A stretch of 15,337 nucleotides of DNA, taken from positions 1-15,337 of the IMG/VR virus record IMGVR_UViG_2534681673_000006. One strand, written 5' to 3'. The stretch's first letter is position 1. The number at the start of each line of letters is the position of its first letter. The notes below the pieces were generated by a model. That model was not told the DNA's origin and ran no database searches. It worked only from the letters and a program-made list of their open reading frames with translations. Shown here piece after piece: positions 1 through 7,837 of this stretch. This DNA comes from a virus. Lineage: Duplodnaviria; Heunggongvirae; Uroviricota; Caudoviricetes. Both the position numbers and the translations under genes were made by a program.

Positions 1-165
1 ATGGCAAAGCCGATCATCACGCTCAATGGCCTAAAAATCGTCATTATGTTGGGAATGCTGGTCATTATTCTCTGCGGTATCCGTTTTGCCGCCGAGATCA
101 TCGTGCCGTTTATTCTCGCATTATTTATTGCTGTTATATATAACTTATCCCGCATAGTGCATTGA
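1..165 (+). pseudogene. tqsA: 5' fragment of tqsA/ydgG-like (AI-2 exporter family) inner-membrane protein gene, interrupted after ~codon 46
   Basis: Translation [46 protein letters not shown] matches, from memory, the TqsA/YdgG N-terminus; then diverges into YNLSRIVH plus stop at 163-165. Identity is recalled, not searched. Confidence 0.4.
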
Positions 166-620
166 TTTAATTAAGCAATTTTCACTGAGAAAGTGCCAAA
201 ATTCGCAAAATGACTACACCAGTGACTACACCGTTCGGTGCACTGTATGAAACAACGTGGAACAAATAGGCACAAGAAATATAAAGGCGGGTAATTTTAA
301 GGAGGCGTTGCTGTCGATATGGGGATCCCCATAACGGGGCTACCGGATTTTTTTTCCGGTTAACCTTTAATCAGCCAGGTGGGTTTTACATACCCTTGAT
401 CACCGTAATGATGATCCAGATGTGCACCTTTTCCACCAATGGAGGAAAAGCTCCAACCGTAACGATGATCGCTATGGTTGCCTCGATGGTCTGCGTGGTC
501 ATTATGACCATTCAGCCAGTGACCTTAATCAGAATTTTTCGCTAAAAAATGACGTTGGCCACGTCATCCGGAAAGCACAAAATCACGTCGATTTTTAATG
601 AACGGTTAAACCGTCTTTTT

Positions 621-655
621 GTCACGGTGTGTCACTGGTTGTCACTCTCCGTCAC
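621..655. repeat. Four GTCAC pentamers at exact 10-bp spacing (starts 621, 631, 641, 651); candidate phased protein-binding array
   Basis: Read directly: gtcacggtgt gtcactggtt gtcactctcc gtcacgattg. Preceded by near-palindrome aacggttaaaccgt (601-614). Confidence 0.5.
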
Positions 656-683
656 GATTGAGGTGGTGCTCATTCTGCCCGAC

Positions 684-915
684 CGCGCATTTTTGCGCTA
701 TCGGGAATATAAAACAGTTACCGCGCCGACTTCCTCAAATTGAGGTTTCCGAAAATATCAACTAGTTAACGATAAACTGGCGAGTAATTAAACTACGAAA
801 ATTTCGTAGTTTGTGAATATATTCCGGCCTGCTGGTTAACAGTCCTCAGATGTGAGGGATGTAGCCAGCGCAATTTTGCGTTATCGGGAATATCAAACAG
901 TTACCGCCGTCAGCT
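684..915. repeat. Two ~40-bp direct repeats (about 686-725 and 869-908, ~37/40 identical), each with a small hairpin; GTTACCGCCGT recurs at 952-962
   Basis: gcgcatttttgcgctatcgggaatataaaacagttaccgc versus gcgcaattttgcgttatcgggaatatcaaacagttaccgc. Non-coding region downstream of the packaging operon. Confidence 0.5.
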
Positions 916-952
916 ACCCAGCTCAGAATTGAGCCGCCTTTTAATCAACAAG

Positions 953-1234
953 TTACCGCCGTAACCGCTCCGGCTTCTTCCAGTGATACGTGATTTTCTC
1001 CTTCTCCCGATACAGTTCAACGCGGCGATTGTAGGCCAGCATTTCCAGAACGCGGATCCGTATGTCGCGCATATCCGCATCATTAAGCTGGATACCATCA
1101 CGGCGCATCACCTCAGCAACAACACGCGCATAATTTTCGGCTGTCACGCTGTCCGGCTGCGTGGTCTGTTCGTCAGCCTGCTGGCTGATTCCAGAGACGC
1201 GGCGGATTAATCGCAGTATTTCGGCTTCTGTCAT
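953..1234 (-). CDS. Hypothetical protein, 93 aa, immediately downstream of TerL
   Basis: ATG at 1234 preceded by GAGG-type SD 8 nt upstream; 13 nt after the terL stop. No recognisable domain. Confidence 0.5.
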   Translation of the reverse strand: MTEAEILRLIRRVSGISQQADEQTTQPDSVTAENYARVVAEVMRRDGIQLNDADMRDIRIRVLEMLAYNRRVELYREKEKITYHWKKPERLRR

Positions 1235-1247
1235 GCTGCTGACCTCA

Positions 1248-2909
1248 TTACACCCCGCTAAATTCTTCCAGTTTCTGGCGGTGGCTGTCGCTTATATCAA
1301 AAGCAAAATCCTCATGCTCTGCCTGGAATGTACCAAACGCCATCAGCGCCGCCACGCTCGGGTCTATCTTGTTCGGTGATTTTTTCTTGTTCGGCTTGAT
1401 ATTGGCGTTCGCGTCACTCTGCATCACGACGTTACTCATCGACCAGGACAACACCGGATCGCCACGATGCACAATCACCCTGCGGTTAACAAAAACTTCG
1501 AACGATTTCGCCGCCGGACTGAATCTGAGGTAGGTTTGCGGGAACGGCTCCACCTCAAAACCAGCCCCCTGTAATTGCGTCCTGAGATGCGTGGCGTTCC
1601 ACGTATCAAAGCCCACCAGCCTGATATTAAATTTCTCCGCATCCTGCATGATGTCATCTCTGATCCGGTCGTAATCAATGCAGTCACCTGGCGTTGTGCG
1701 TATCCAGCCCGCTTTAGCCCACTGGCGATAGACAGCGCGGTTTTTATTGGCGGGGTTCTGTAGCTGGAACTCCGGCAGATAATGACGGGAAACCAGCATG
1801 ATATTTTTACCGACCGGAAAGGCATAGCACACGCTGGAAATATCGCTGGTTGATGATAAGTCCAGCCCCGCGTAACACTCCTGCCCGTGTAAATCTTCCT
1901 CCGTGAACGTTCCGGCACACTCAGCCCATGCGCCGTTACCCATCCACGGGGTAGCCCCCTGGCACCAGATATTAAATCGCTTTGTCATCATCTCCACCCA
2001 TTGCGACGGAATACCCCGCGCTTTCTGGATGGTTGAGGCCAGTTTTTCACGATCCACGGAAACATCGATGTTAGGGTTAGCCTTTATCCACATCGCCGGA
2101 TCATCAACCTCGTTTTCGTCGTCCAGTTCGTAAATCAGTACAAAAATTGAATCGTTGACCTCTTCGCCGTCCAGGATCTGGCAGCAATAATCATAGTGCT
2201 GCTTACAGGCTGAAACGACGTTACTGCCCGATGTGGTAATGGCAAATAACAGCCCTTCGGGACGTGCGCCCATCCCCAGCTCAAGCGCGGAATAAACGCC
2301 GTTATCGGGGTGTAGGTGGTATTCGTCCACGATGGAAAGGCTGGGGTTTGTTCCCTCGATGGTTGCCGCTTTTGCTGCCAGCGGCTTTAACAGGCTGTTG
2401 CTTTTCGGGTGCATCACCTTGTGGGCCTGAATATTCACCCGCCTGCGTAACGGTCGGGATAAAAGGCACATCTGACGCGCATCATCAAAAACGATCCGCG
2501 CCTGGTCACGGCTCACCGCTGCGGTGTAAATATCCTGCTGCCCGTTCTCCATAATCAGAAACCAGTTAGCCAGAATCGCGGCGGTCGTGGATTTCGCATT
2601 TTTGCGCGGCACTTCGATAAAGGCGCTCGTGTATTTGCGCCGTCCGGTGGCCTTAACCTTAAAGCCGAGGATGCACGCAAAGGCGAACTGCTGCCACGGC
2701 TCCAGCTCAATGGGTCTGCCACGCATCGGCCCTTTTACGTGCGGGCACACCCTGGAAAAGGCAATAAACCGCTCCACAACCTCACGATCGAACGTGTAAA
2801 GGGGGCTTTCAAGGTCCGAAAAGTACCGTTTAACGGCCTGTTTCAGCCGTTTACAGGCCGGAATTTTGCCCGTTTTTACGTCTTCTGCGTACTTATTCCA
2901 GGCGGTCAA
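1248..2909 (-). CDS. Terminase large subunit (Terminase_1 / HK97-like TerL)
   Basis: 553-aa ORF with N-terminal ATPase region (EVPRKNAKS Walker A-like, IVDEYH) and C-terminal nuclease region typical of TerL. Apparent TTG start at 2909 with AGGA SD; overlaps terS end by 17 nt. Confidence 0.85.
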   Translation of the reverse strand: MTAWNKYAEDVKTGKIPACKRLKQAVKRYFSDLESPLYTFDREVVERFIAFSRVCPHVKGPMRGRPIELEPWQQFAFACILGFKVKATGRRKYTSAFIEVPRKNAKSTTAAILANWFLIMENGQQDIYTAAVSRDQARIVFDDARQMCLLSRPLRRRVNIQAHKVMHPKSNSLLKPLAAKAATIEGTNPSLSIVDEYHLHPDNGVYSALELGMGARPEGLLFAITTSGSNVVSACKQHYDYCCQILDGEEVNDSIFVLIYELDDENEVDDPAMWIKANPNIDVSVDREKLASTIQKARGIPSQWVEMMTKRFNIWCQGATPWMGNGAWAECAGTFTEEDLHGQECYAGLDLSSTSDISSVCYAFPVGKNIMLVSRHYLPEFQLQNPANKNRAVYRQWAKAGWIRTTPGDCIDYDRIRDDIMQDAEKFNIRLVGFDTWNATHLRTQLQGAGFEVEPFPQTYLRFSPAAKSFEVFVNRRVIVHRGDPVLSWSMSNVVMQSDANANIKPNKKKSPNKIDPSVAALMAFGTFQAEHEDFAFDISDSHRQKLEEFSGV

Positions 2910-3249
2910 GCTCGTCCTCTTCTTCTGTTTCCGGTGGATTTTTACGGCGGCTTATCGGGTCAAAACCGAGCAAGGAGGCCATTTTTATCATCACTCTTTC
3001 AGCGTCGGATTTTGCGCTTAATGCGGGGTTTCTGCTCTCGCCGCCCTGACTGTTAACAATGCTGAACCCGCGCGCCGCAAGGTCTGCAACGGCTTTCCGG
3101 TAAATGGAGTAGTTGACACAATACAGTTCCAGATTGCTCCAGTCGGCGGGGGTCAGGTCTCCCCGTTCCGCAAGCTGCCGCGATTTTTCCCGCCACTGCT
3201 TCACGGCGATATCATCCAGGTAGGCGGGGGCTTTCGGTGGTCTTGCCAT
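2893..3249 (-). CDS. Terminase small subunit, P27 family
   Basis: 118 aa; conserved P27-family TerS pattern (KQWREK...LELYCVNYSIYRKA...NPALSA...LGFDPISRRK) with acidic C-terminus. Sits directly upstream of terL. Confidence 0.75.
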   Translation of the reverse strand: MARPPKAPAYLDDIAVKQWREKSRQLAERGDLTPADWSNLELYCVNYSIYRKAVADLAARGFSIVNSQGGESRNPALSAKSDAERVMIKMASLLGFDPISRRKNPPETEEEDELDRLE

Positions 3250-3538
3250 GCTTATTTTTTCGCCAGATTATTTTTCAAAAAATTCCCGTGCATAAAAATT
3301 TGAGGAGGCGTTCGGTGCCCGGCGGGGTCGGGTTGGTCCTGAAAACGCCCCCCACCCCGTCATACAGCCTCATCAGCGATTGCGGAAACATTCCATAACC
3401 TCGCGGTCACGGTCGGTTAATCGCTTCGCTGTGATGCGTTCTGCGCGTCCTGACGCTTTATCTTTATGCCCTGTTTCCTGTGTCTTCCATGCGTCACGCT
3501 GCCTTATAAGTCCACGGATAAGGCGGTTTTGCTCCCGC
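3250..3538. other. HNH-terS intergenic region; candidate cos site (G-rich quasi-palindrome about 3317-3359)
   Basis: 289-bp non-coding gap at the position where HK97-like cos phages carry cos, between HNH and TerS. Contains gcccggcggggtcgggttgg ... cgccccccaccccg. Positional inference only. Confidence 0.3.
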
Positions 3539-3979
3539 TCATTCATCAGCGTCATACATCCAGTTATTGCGGTTAGCGGCCCGTTCTTCCTCTTCACGAA
3601 ATCCACCTGCGGCACGCTTGCTTTTTGTTGCCGGATCAAGCCATTTCGTTTTCTGGTTATGACACGCCTGGCACAATGGTTGATGGTTCCATTCGGGCCA
3701 GAAGAGAACATCATCACCGCCATTAATCGGGATAATGTGATCCACCACCACGGCGGGCGTATATATCCCCTTCTCAAGGCATCGCACGCATAACGGGTTT
3801 TTACTCAGATACATGGCGCGGTATTTGTCCCACTGTCTGGAATATCCACGCGCGCGGCGGTGTCCTCGTCTGGCATCCTCTGCACGCCATGCCGCCCGCC
3901 TGTGCTCCTCACACTTGCCGGATTTAACGCGCCTGTTACAGCCTGGTTCTGTGCATCGTCTTAATGGTTGCCACGGCAT
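3539..3979 (-). CDS. HNH endonuclease (phage packaging-associated)
   Basis: 146 aa; Cys-rich N-terminus (CTEPGCNRRV...CEEH) and HNH core VVDHIIPINGGDDVLFWPEWNHQPLCQACHNQKT. Adjacent to terS as in HK97-type cos systems. Confidence 0.8.
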   Translation of the reverse strand: MPWQPLRRCTEPGCNRRVKSGKCEEHRRAAWRAEDARRGHRRARGYSRQWDKYRAMYLSKNPLCVRCLEKGIYTPAVVVDHIIPINGGDDVLFWPEWNHQPLCQACHNQKTKWLDPATKSKRAAGGFREEEERAANRNNWMYDADE

Positions 3980-4275
3980 CAGTACACCCCCACATCACGG
4001 TAAGCCGTCCAGAGTGCGCCTATCGTCATGGGTACGCGTGTTTTTGCGTTATCCGCGACAATCTGGCGATTTTCATACAGGTGAGCGATAAACATCATGC
4101 AGCCAATCTTTATGGCTGGCGTGAACTCCAGCCCGTCATCAAAGCGCCTGCCTATGTGTATCTGGCACGCCTCAAGCGATGCGGCAATGTATCCGCTGAT
4201 TAACTGGTCTTCATCGTCGCCATCGATGCGGCAATGGAGTTTCACTTCTTCCAGGGTGATAAGTTCTTCTGTCAT
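3979..4275 (-). CDS. Head-tail connector protein (gp6-like)
   Basis: 98 aa; N-terminus ITLEEVKLHCRIDGDDEDQLISGYIAASLEA is the gp6-like connector signature. Stop overlaps the HNH start (TGATG). Confidence 0.7.
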   Translation of the reverse strand: MTEELITLEEVKLHCRIDGDDEDQLISGYIAASLEACQIHIGRRFDDGLEFTPAIKIGCMMFIAHLYENRQIVADNAKTRVPMTIGALWTAYRDVGVY

Positions 4276-4610
4276 TTTTCCGCGCCCTCACGACAAAGAA
4301 TTTCAAGGCGTGTCCTGGCGGCATCCGGCAGCGGCTGCCCGATGATATTCAGTACACGCCCCGCCAGCGGCCCCGTACTGACCTTTATCCGACTGGTGGC
4401 GTTGATGTCCTTCCGGTACCGTATCCAGATCCTTACGGTACCAATCGCCAGCTCTGCGCCCGATGAAATGGCCTCCTTGCTGCTGATCATGTTCACGCTT
4501 GCCCAGAGTGTGTGACCGTCCTCCCACGTTTCGAGTATTTCGCCCGTCATGGCTCTGGTCTGTTTCAGGGTCTGAATCGTTATCCTGTCACGCAGTCGCC
4601 CTATGTTCAT
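4272..4610 (-). CDS. Head closure / head-tail adaptor protein (SPP1 gp16 / HK97 gp9-like)
   Basis: Start taken at ATG 4610 (MNIGRLRDRITIQ...), which overlaps the portal stop as ATGA. Size and IRYRKDI motif fit head-tail joining proteins. The ORF track's longer start at 4652 lies inside portal. Confidence 0.65.
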   Translation of the reverse strand: MNIGRLRDRITIQTLKQTRAMTGEILETWEDGHTLWASVNMISSKEAISSGAELAIGTVRIWIRYRKDINATSRIKVSTGPLAGRVLNIIGQPLPDAARTRLEILCREGAEK

Positions 4611-5818
4611 TCCGGTTTTTCTCCCTCGCTGATTTTTACTTCCTGTTTCCATGCCTGGCTGAACTCATCACCACCATCACGCGGTGACAGTCCTTCACGT
4701 TCGCGGGCTTCGTTCGGACACATAACGCCGGATTTGATGCCGCGCTCATAGGTGGCAAAGCGTTCGCCAGGTGTGGCCCGTAACAGGTCCGCGCTGTCAA
4801 ACTCCACCTGATACCGGATACCAGGTACAGGCGAGGCCACCAGCAGGGCGTTTTTTATCTGCTGCTCAAAGTTCGCCAGCCACGGGCGCATCGTCATGGT
4901 GAGAAATGCGCGGCTTGCCTCGCTGAAATTGCTGTAGGTGCTGTTGCTGTATTCCTGCAAAAAAATCGGCGAGACGTTGAACATTCGGGCGATGTCTTCA
5001 ATGGTGAAGCGACGGGAGGCCAGCCATTCAGCATCCTGATTACTCATGCCCAGCTGCTGATAGCTCATACCCCCTTCAAGGATGGGCGTTTTTCCGGCGT
5101 TTCTGGCCCCTTTGTAGCGTTCCAGTGCGGCTAATGCCTGTTTGCCCTTCACGCCGTCCAGCCATTCGCCTGACGTGATAACCCCTGCCGCCATCATGCC
5201 ATCACGCATCACGCTCGCGCCGTGGCGTTGTTGGGCCAGCCCAAGCCCCAGCGATTCGCGGCAGATGGTTACAGGTGAGCGCCCCATAAAGCCGTCATCC
5301 GTGGAGTAACGAAGGTGAAGTACTTCCCACGGTAAATAGTTGCGGGTGTTTCCGGTGTAGGCGTCAGTGATGCAGTAGCGCCAGTTGTGTTCGCCTGTCT
5401 GCTCCACGTTCACCGACTGCGGCGGGTAAGGATGTAAAGCCGCCGGAAAACCATCACGCCCCCACTGAATCACCGCATAAGCATTACCGTTTAACAGGCA
5501 GTGGCGGATCATCATTCGCTTAAACTGGTAGGGGGTTTGCCATGCGTTCGGGCGCTCGTTGAGGATGTGATCGACCGGATGAGAATCAAGCCACTCGCGG
5601 GCCTCCTTCCCCTTCTCATTGCGTACCAGGTACAGGTAACACGGCATGGTAGCCACCGCCTCAGAGATGACCGTGACGGCGTTCATGACGGCGGGCAGTG
5701 ATTCCGCTGTCCCCGATGATACGTACTCACCCGCCCCCGTGTTCGATGTGCCAGCCAGCGCCATAAATTCATCAAGCGTCATGCTGCGCTGCTCTTTTTT
5801 TCTTCTGAAAGGCCACAT
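4607..5818 (-). CDS. Portal protein, HK97 family
   Basis: 403 aa; LLNGNAYAVIQW, LHLRYSTDDGFMGRSP, GKTPILEGGMSYQQLGMSNQDAEWLASRRFTIEDIARMFNVSP match the HK97 portal family pattern. Strong GGGGGTG SD. Confidence 0.85.
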   Translation of the reverse strand: MWPFRRKKEQRSMTLDEFMALAGTSNTGAGEYVSSGTAESLPAVMNAVTVISEAVATMPCYLYLVRNEKGKEAREWLDSHPVDHILNERPNAWQTPYQFKRMMIRHCLLNGNAYAVIQWGRDGFPAALHPYPPQSVNVEQTGEHNWRYCITDAYTGNTRNYLPWEVLHLRYSTDDGFMGRSPVTICRESLGLGLAQQRHGASVMRDGMMAAGVITSGEWLDGVKGKQALAALERYKGARNAGKTPILEGGMSYQQLGMSNQDAEWLASRRFTIEDIARMFNVSPIFLQEYSNSTYSNFSEASRAFLTMTMRPWLANFEQQIKNALLVASPVPGIRYQVEFDSADLLRATPGERFATYERGIKSGVMCPNEAREREGLSPRDGGDEFSQAWKQEVKISEGEKPE

Positions 5819-5819
5819 A

Positions 5820-6392
5820 TCACACCCCCGCTAAATCCACCCACCAGCGGCGATTATCCGCACGCGGCATTTTTTCGGGGTGCTGCTCATACAGGGAACG
5901 GCGGGCCAGCTCCACGCCGGAATCAGGGTAAGCCGGAACGGATGTAACGGTAATTTCGTACAGTTCCGCCACCAGCACGGTGCGCACGCATGGATCTGTT
6001 GTGGTATCCCATACATCCTTACGGGAACGAAAGCCAAAGCTCATGCCGGATATATCACCACGTTTAACCAGTTCGATAACGTCGCGCCCTGTGCTGGTAT
6101 CCGGTGGGGTCAGTTCAAAGCGTAACCCTGTTTCGTCCTCTTCCAGTTTCAGCGTGCCGGAACGGGTACGCCCCAGTAACATGCTGTGGTCATGCTCATA
6201 CAGGCCGCGAACGTCATTACCCGCTGCAAGCCATTCAGTAAACGCTCCCCGCTGGAATTTTTCGTAAAACTCACCCCATAACAGTTCTGAAAGCTTATCC
6301 CAGCGAACAACGTAGCCCGTCAGCGTACCGGCTCCGCTGGTGGTGATTTCCGATGACCGGATTTCCATACTCTTCATAATTTTTTCACCCAT
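5820..6392 (-). CDS. Prohead protease, HK97 family (peptidase S78/U35)
   Basis: 190 aa; LTGYVVRWDK...GAFTEWL...LYEHDHSMLLGRT...ISGMSFGF...TSVPAYPDSG fits the HK97 prohead protease pattern. Start ambiguous: ATG 6392 or ATG 6377 (the latter has a GGGTG SD). Confidence 0.8.
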   Translation of the reverse strand: MGEKIMKSMEIRSSEITTSGAGTLTGYVVRWDKLSELLWGEFYEKFQRGAFTEWLAAGNDVRGLYEHDHSMLLGRTRSGTLKLEEDETGLRFELTPPDTSTGRDVIELVKRGDISGMSFGFRSRKDVWDTTTDPCVRTVLVAELYEITVTSVPAYPDSGVELARRSLYEQHPEKMPRADNRRWWVDLAGV

Positions 6393-6402
6393 AAAACACT
6401 AA

Positions 6403-6420
6403 AGGGGCTTTTAAGCCCCT
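6403..6420 (-). promoter_or_regulatory. Hairpin between capsid and protease genes; candidate partial terminator or mRNA stabiliser
   Basis: aggggctt/aagcccct inverted repeat in the 39-bp capsid-protease gap, followed on the minus strand by uaguguuuu. Read from sequence. Confidence 0.35.
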
Positions 6421-6431
6421 TCTGTATGCTG

Positions 6432-7589
6432 TTAATCGTCGTCCTGTGGCAGTTCCAGAATCTTGATCGCGTTCGAATCCACCACGCCACCGCCTAAATA
6501 TTTCTGCGTGAAAATTTTGATGAAACCCGGCTCTGTGAGGTTGTCCGGTCTGGTGCGAACACCTGTTTCGTGATCAACAATGTAGTAACCGCGTTTGAAG
6601 TCACCCAGGGCAATAACGTTATCAGGCATAAACTCCAGATATTCGACCGGAAGGCCCAGCAACGTATCAGGATCACCCGCCTGTAAACGGTCGCGCCAGA
6701 TGTAATCACCGTTCGCGTTCTTCACCTTCTGAAGTTTTGCCGCCGTCGTGGAGTTAACCACCCAGACCGCGTTTTTGCGGTATTTTTTACGTAATGCAAA
6801 TTTCAGGTCGATCAGCGGGTCCGCAGATGTCCACGCCAGAGATTCGGAAGGTTTAATTACCTGCAACGTACCAAAATCACGCTCTTTGTCGTTCTTCTCT
6901 GCACGGGGTACGGATAAAAAACCTTTTGCTTTTTTGTCACCGTCGCCCACAACCAGATCGCTTTCTTCGGTTTCCGTGAAGGTGTCGCCAATCTCACCCG
7001 TCAGCCATGAAAGGATGTCCACATCGGAAAAATCCACGATTTCCTGTGTGGTGCGCGGGTACGCATAGACCGGATACAGCTTAATGCTCACCTCGTTAAT
7101 CTGCGGGGTGCTGGTCTGTTCGCGTGTCTTACCCTCTTCACCGTGGTTAACGGTCGCACCGCCAGCGGAAACAAGCTGCTTAAACTCGTTGCTGCTGATT
7201 TTCTTCACGGTACAGATGCGGCGCATGGTGGACTCATCCGCCAGCATTCGCATGATTTCGGTGTTCAGCTCGGGGATAACGGTATAACCACCATCAGCGG
7301 GAACGCCTGTACTTAATGCGCGGGTTTCACCCGTCAGAATGTAGTTTCGTAGTTCTGCGGGGTCAGTGGTCTGACTGCTTTTACCTGGCTTGCTGCGCTC
7401 TTCGTCTGCAATGGCTTCAAGGCGGGAAATGTCTTTATCGAGGGATTCAGCTTTAGCGCGTAATTCGTCAAATTTTGCGCCCTCAGCATCGTTAAGACTG
7501 CGGTTTTCTTTTTCCGCGTTCTCCAGCATGTCACGCATCTGATTTTTAATGGCGGTTTTCTGCTGGCGTAATTCGATTATTCTCTGCAT
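6432..7589 (-). CDS. Major capsid protein, HK97 fold, with N-terminal coiled-coil delta (scaffold) domain
   Basis: Start taken at ATG 7589 (MQRIIELRQQKTAIKNQMRDMLENAEK...), a typical delta-domain N-terminus, then a ~280-aa HK97-like body. The ORF track's GTG at 7637 would run the frame through a terminator hairpin. Confidence 0.8.
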   Translation of the reverse strand: MQRIIELRQQKTAIKNQMRDMLENAEKENRSLNDAEGAKFDELRAKAESLDKDISRLEAIADEERSKPGKSSQTTDPAELRNYILTGETRALSTGVPADGGYTVIPELNTEIMRMLADESTMRRICTVKKISSNEFKQLVSAGGATVNHGEEGKTREQTSTPQINEVSIKLYPVYAYPRTTQEIVDFSDVDILSWLTGEIGDTFTETEESDLVVGDGDKKAKGFLSVPRAEKNDKERDFGTLQVIKPSESLAWTSADPLIDLKFALRKKYRKNAVWVVNSTTAAKLQKVKNANGDYIWRDRLQAGDPDTLLGLPVEYLEFMPDNVIALGDFKRGYYIVDHETGVRTRPDNLTEPGFIKIFTQKYLGGGVVDSNAIKILELPQDDD

Positions 7590-7626
7590 AAAAAAAGTCC
7601 TGGGGTTAAGTAAGGAACTCCAGGAC
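7590..7626 (-). terminator. Strong rho-independent terminator whose U-tract abuts the capsid ATG
   Basis: Minus-strand RNA: GUCCUGGAGUUCC-loop-CCCCAGGAC (11-bp stem, one G.U) followed by UUUUUUU then AUG. No SD between hairpin and start. Confidence 0.6.
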
Positions 7627-7679
7627 GCGGCAAACACTCAACCGTTTTTCATAAGGAAATCAGCAATCGCACCGATCGT

Positions 7680-7727
7680 TTTCCCGCCTGGTAATGAATA
7701 TTGGCGGGCACATTAACAGGCGGGAAA
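7680..7727. promoter_or_regulatory. Perfect 11-bp inverted repeat tttcccgcctg (26-nt spacer) caggcgggaaa upstream of the head operon
   Basis: Read from sequence at 7680-7690 and 7717-7727. Lies between the two minus-strand terminators. Confidence 0.45.
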
Positions 7728-7802
7728 GTGGCCCCAGCGTCCTGGCACCACGGGCGAGAATAATCATGATTCAGTTCGGGTAAAATATGCCGATCCGCTC
7801 AG

Positions 7803-7830
7803 TGAACAACGTGGAACAACCACGAACAAA
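7803..7830. promoter_or_regulatory. Three 10-bp phased repeats (minus strand TTGTTCGTGG TTGTTCCACG TTGTTCAC); candidate late promoter / activator site
   Basis: Plus strand gtgaacaacgtggaacaaccacgaacaaa. The 15-mer aacaacgtggaacaa (7805-7819) is identical to 251-265. A weak sigma70-like TTGTTC-16-TATTTT follows on the minus strand. Confidence 0.4.
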
Positions 7831-7837
7831 TAATTTA

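Noticed and set aside
549-743. 64-aa plus-strand ORF in the left repeat region
   Set aside because: It is built on the GTCAC array and the first 40-bp direct repeat, has no SD, and its composition is repeat-derived.
1475-3056. Several ORFs nested inside or antisense to terL and terS (1475..1918, 1575..1763, 1903..2133, 2264..2554, 2587..2799, 2739..3056)
   Set aside because: They overlap well-supported terminase genes in other frames or on the other strand, with arginine-rich or low-complexity products typical of antisense frames in GC-rich coding DNA.
3373-3793. Overlapping ORFs 3373..3777 (minus) and 3380..3793 (plus) across the HNH 3' region and the HNH-terS gap
   Set aside because: Both overlap the HNH gene out of frame or antisense and extend into the non-coding candidate cos region; no independent support.
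6432-7637. Longer capsid ORF starting at 7637 (MFAASW...) and longer head-closure ORF starting at 4652 (METGSK...)
   Set aside because: The 7637 start is a GTG that would translate through the terminator hairpin; the delta-domain-like N-terminus begins at ATG 7589. The 4652 start lies inside portal, whereas ATG 4610 is ATGA-coupled to the portal stop.
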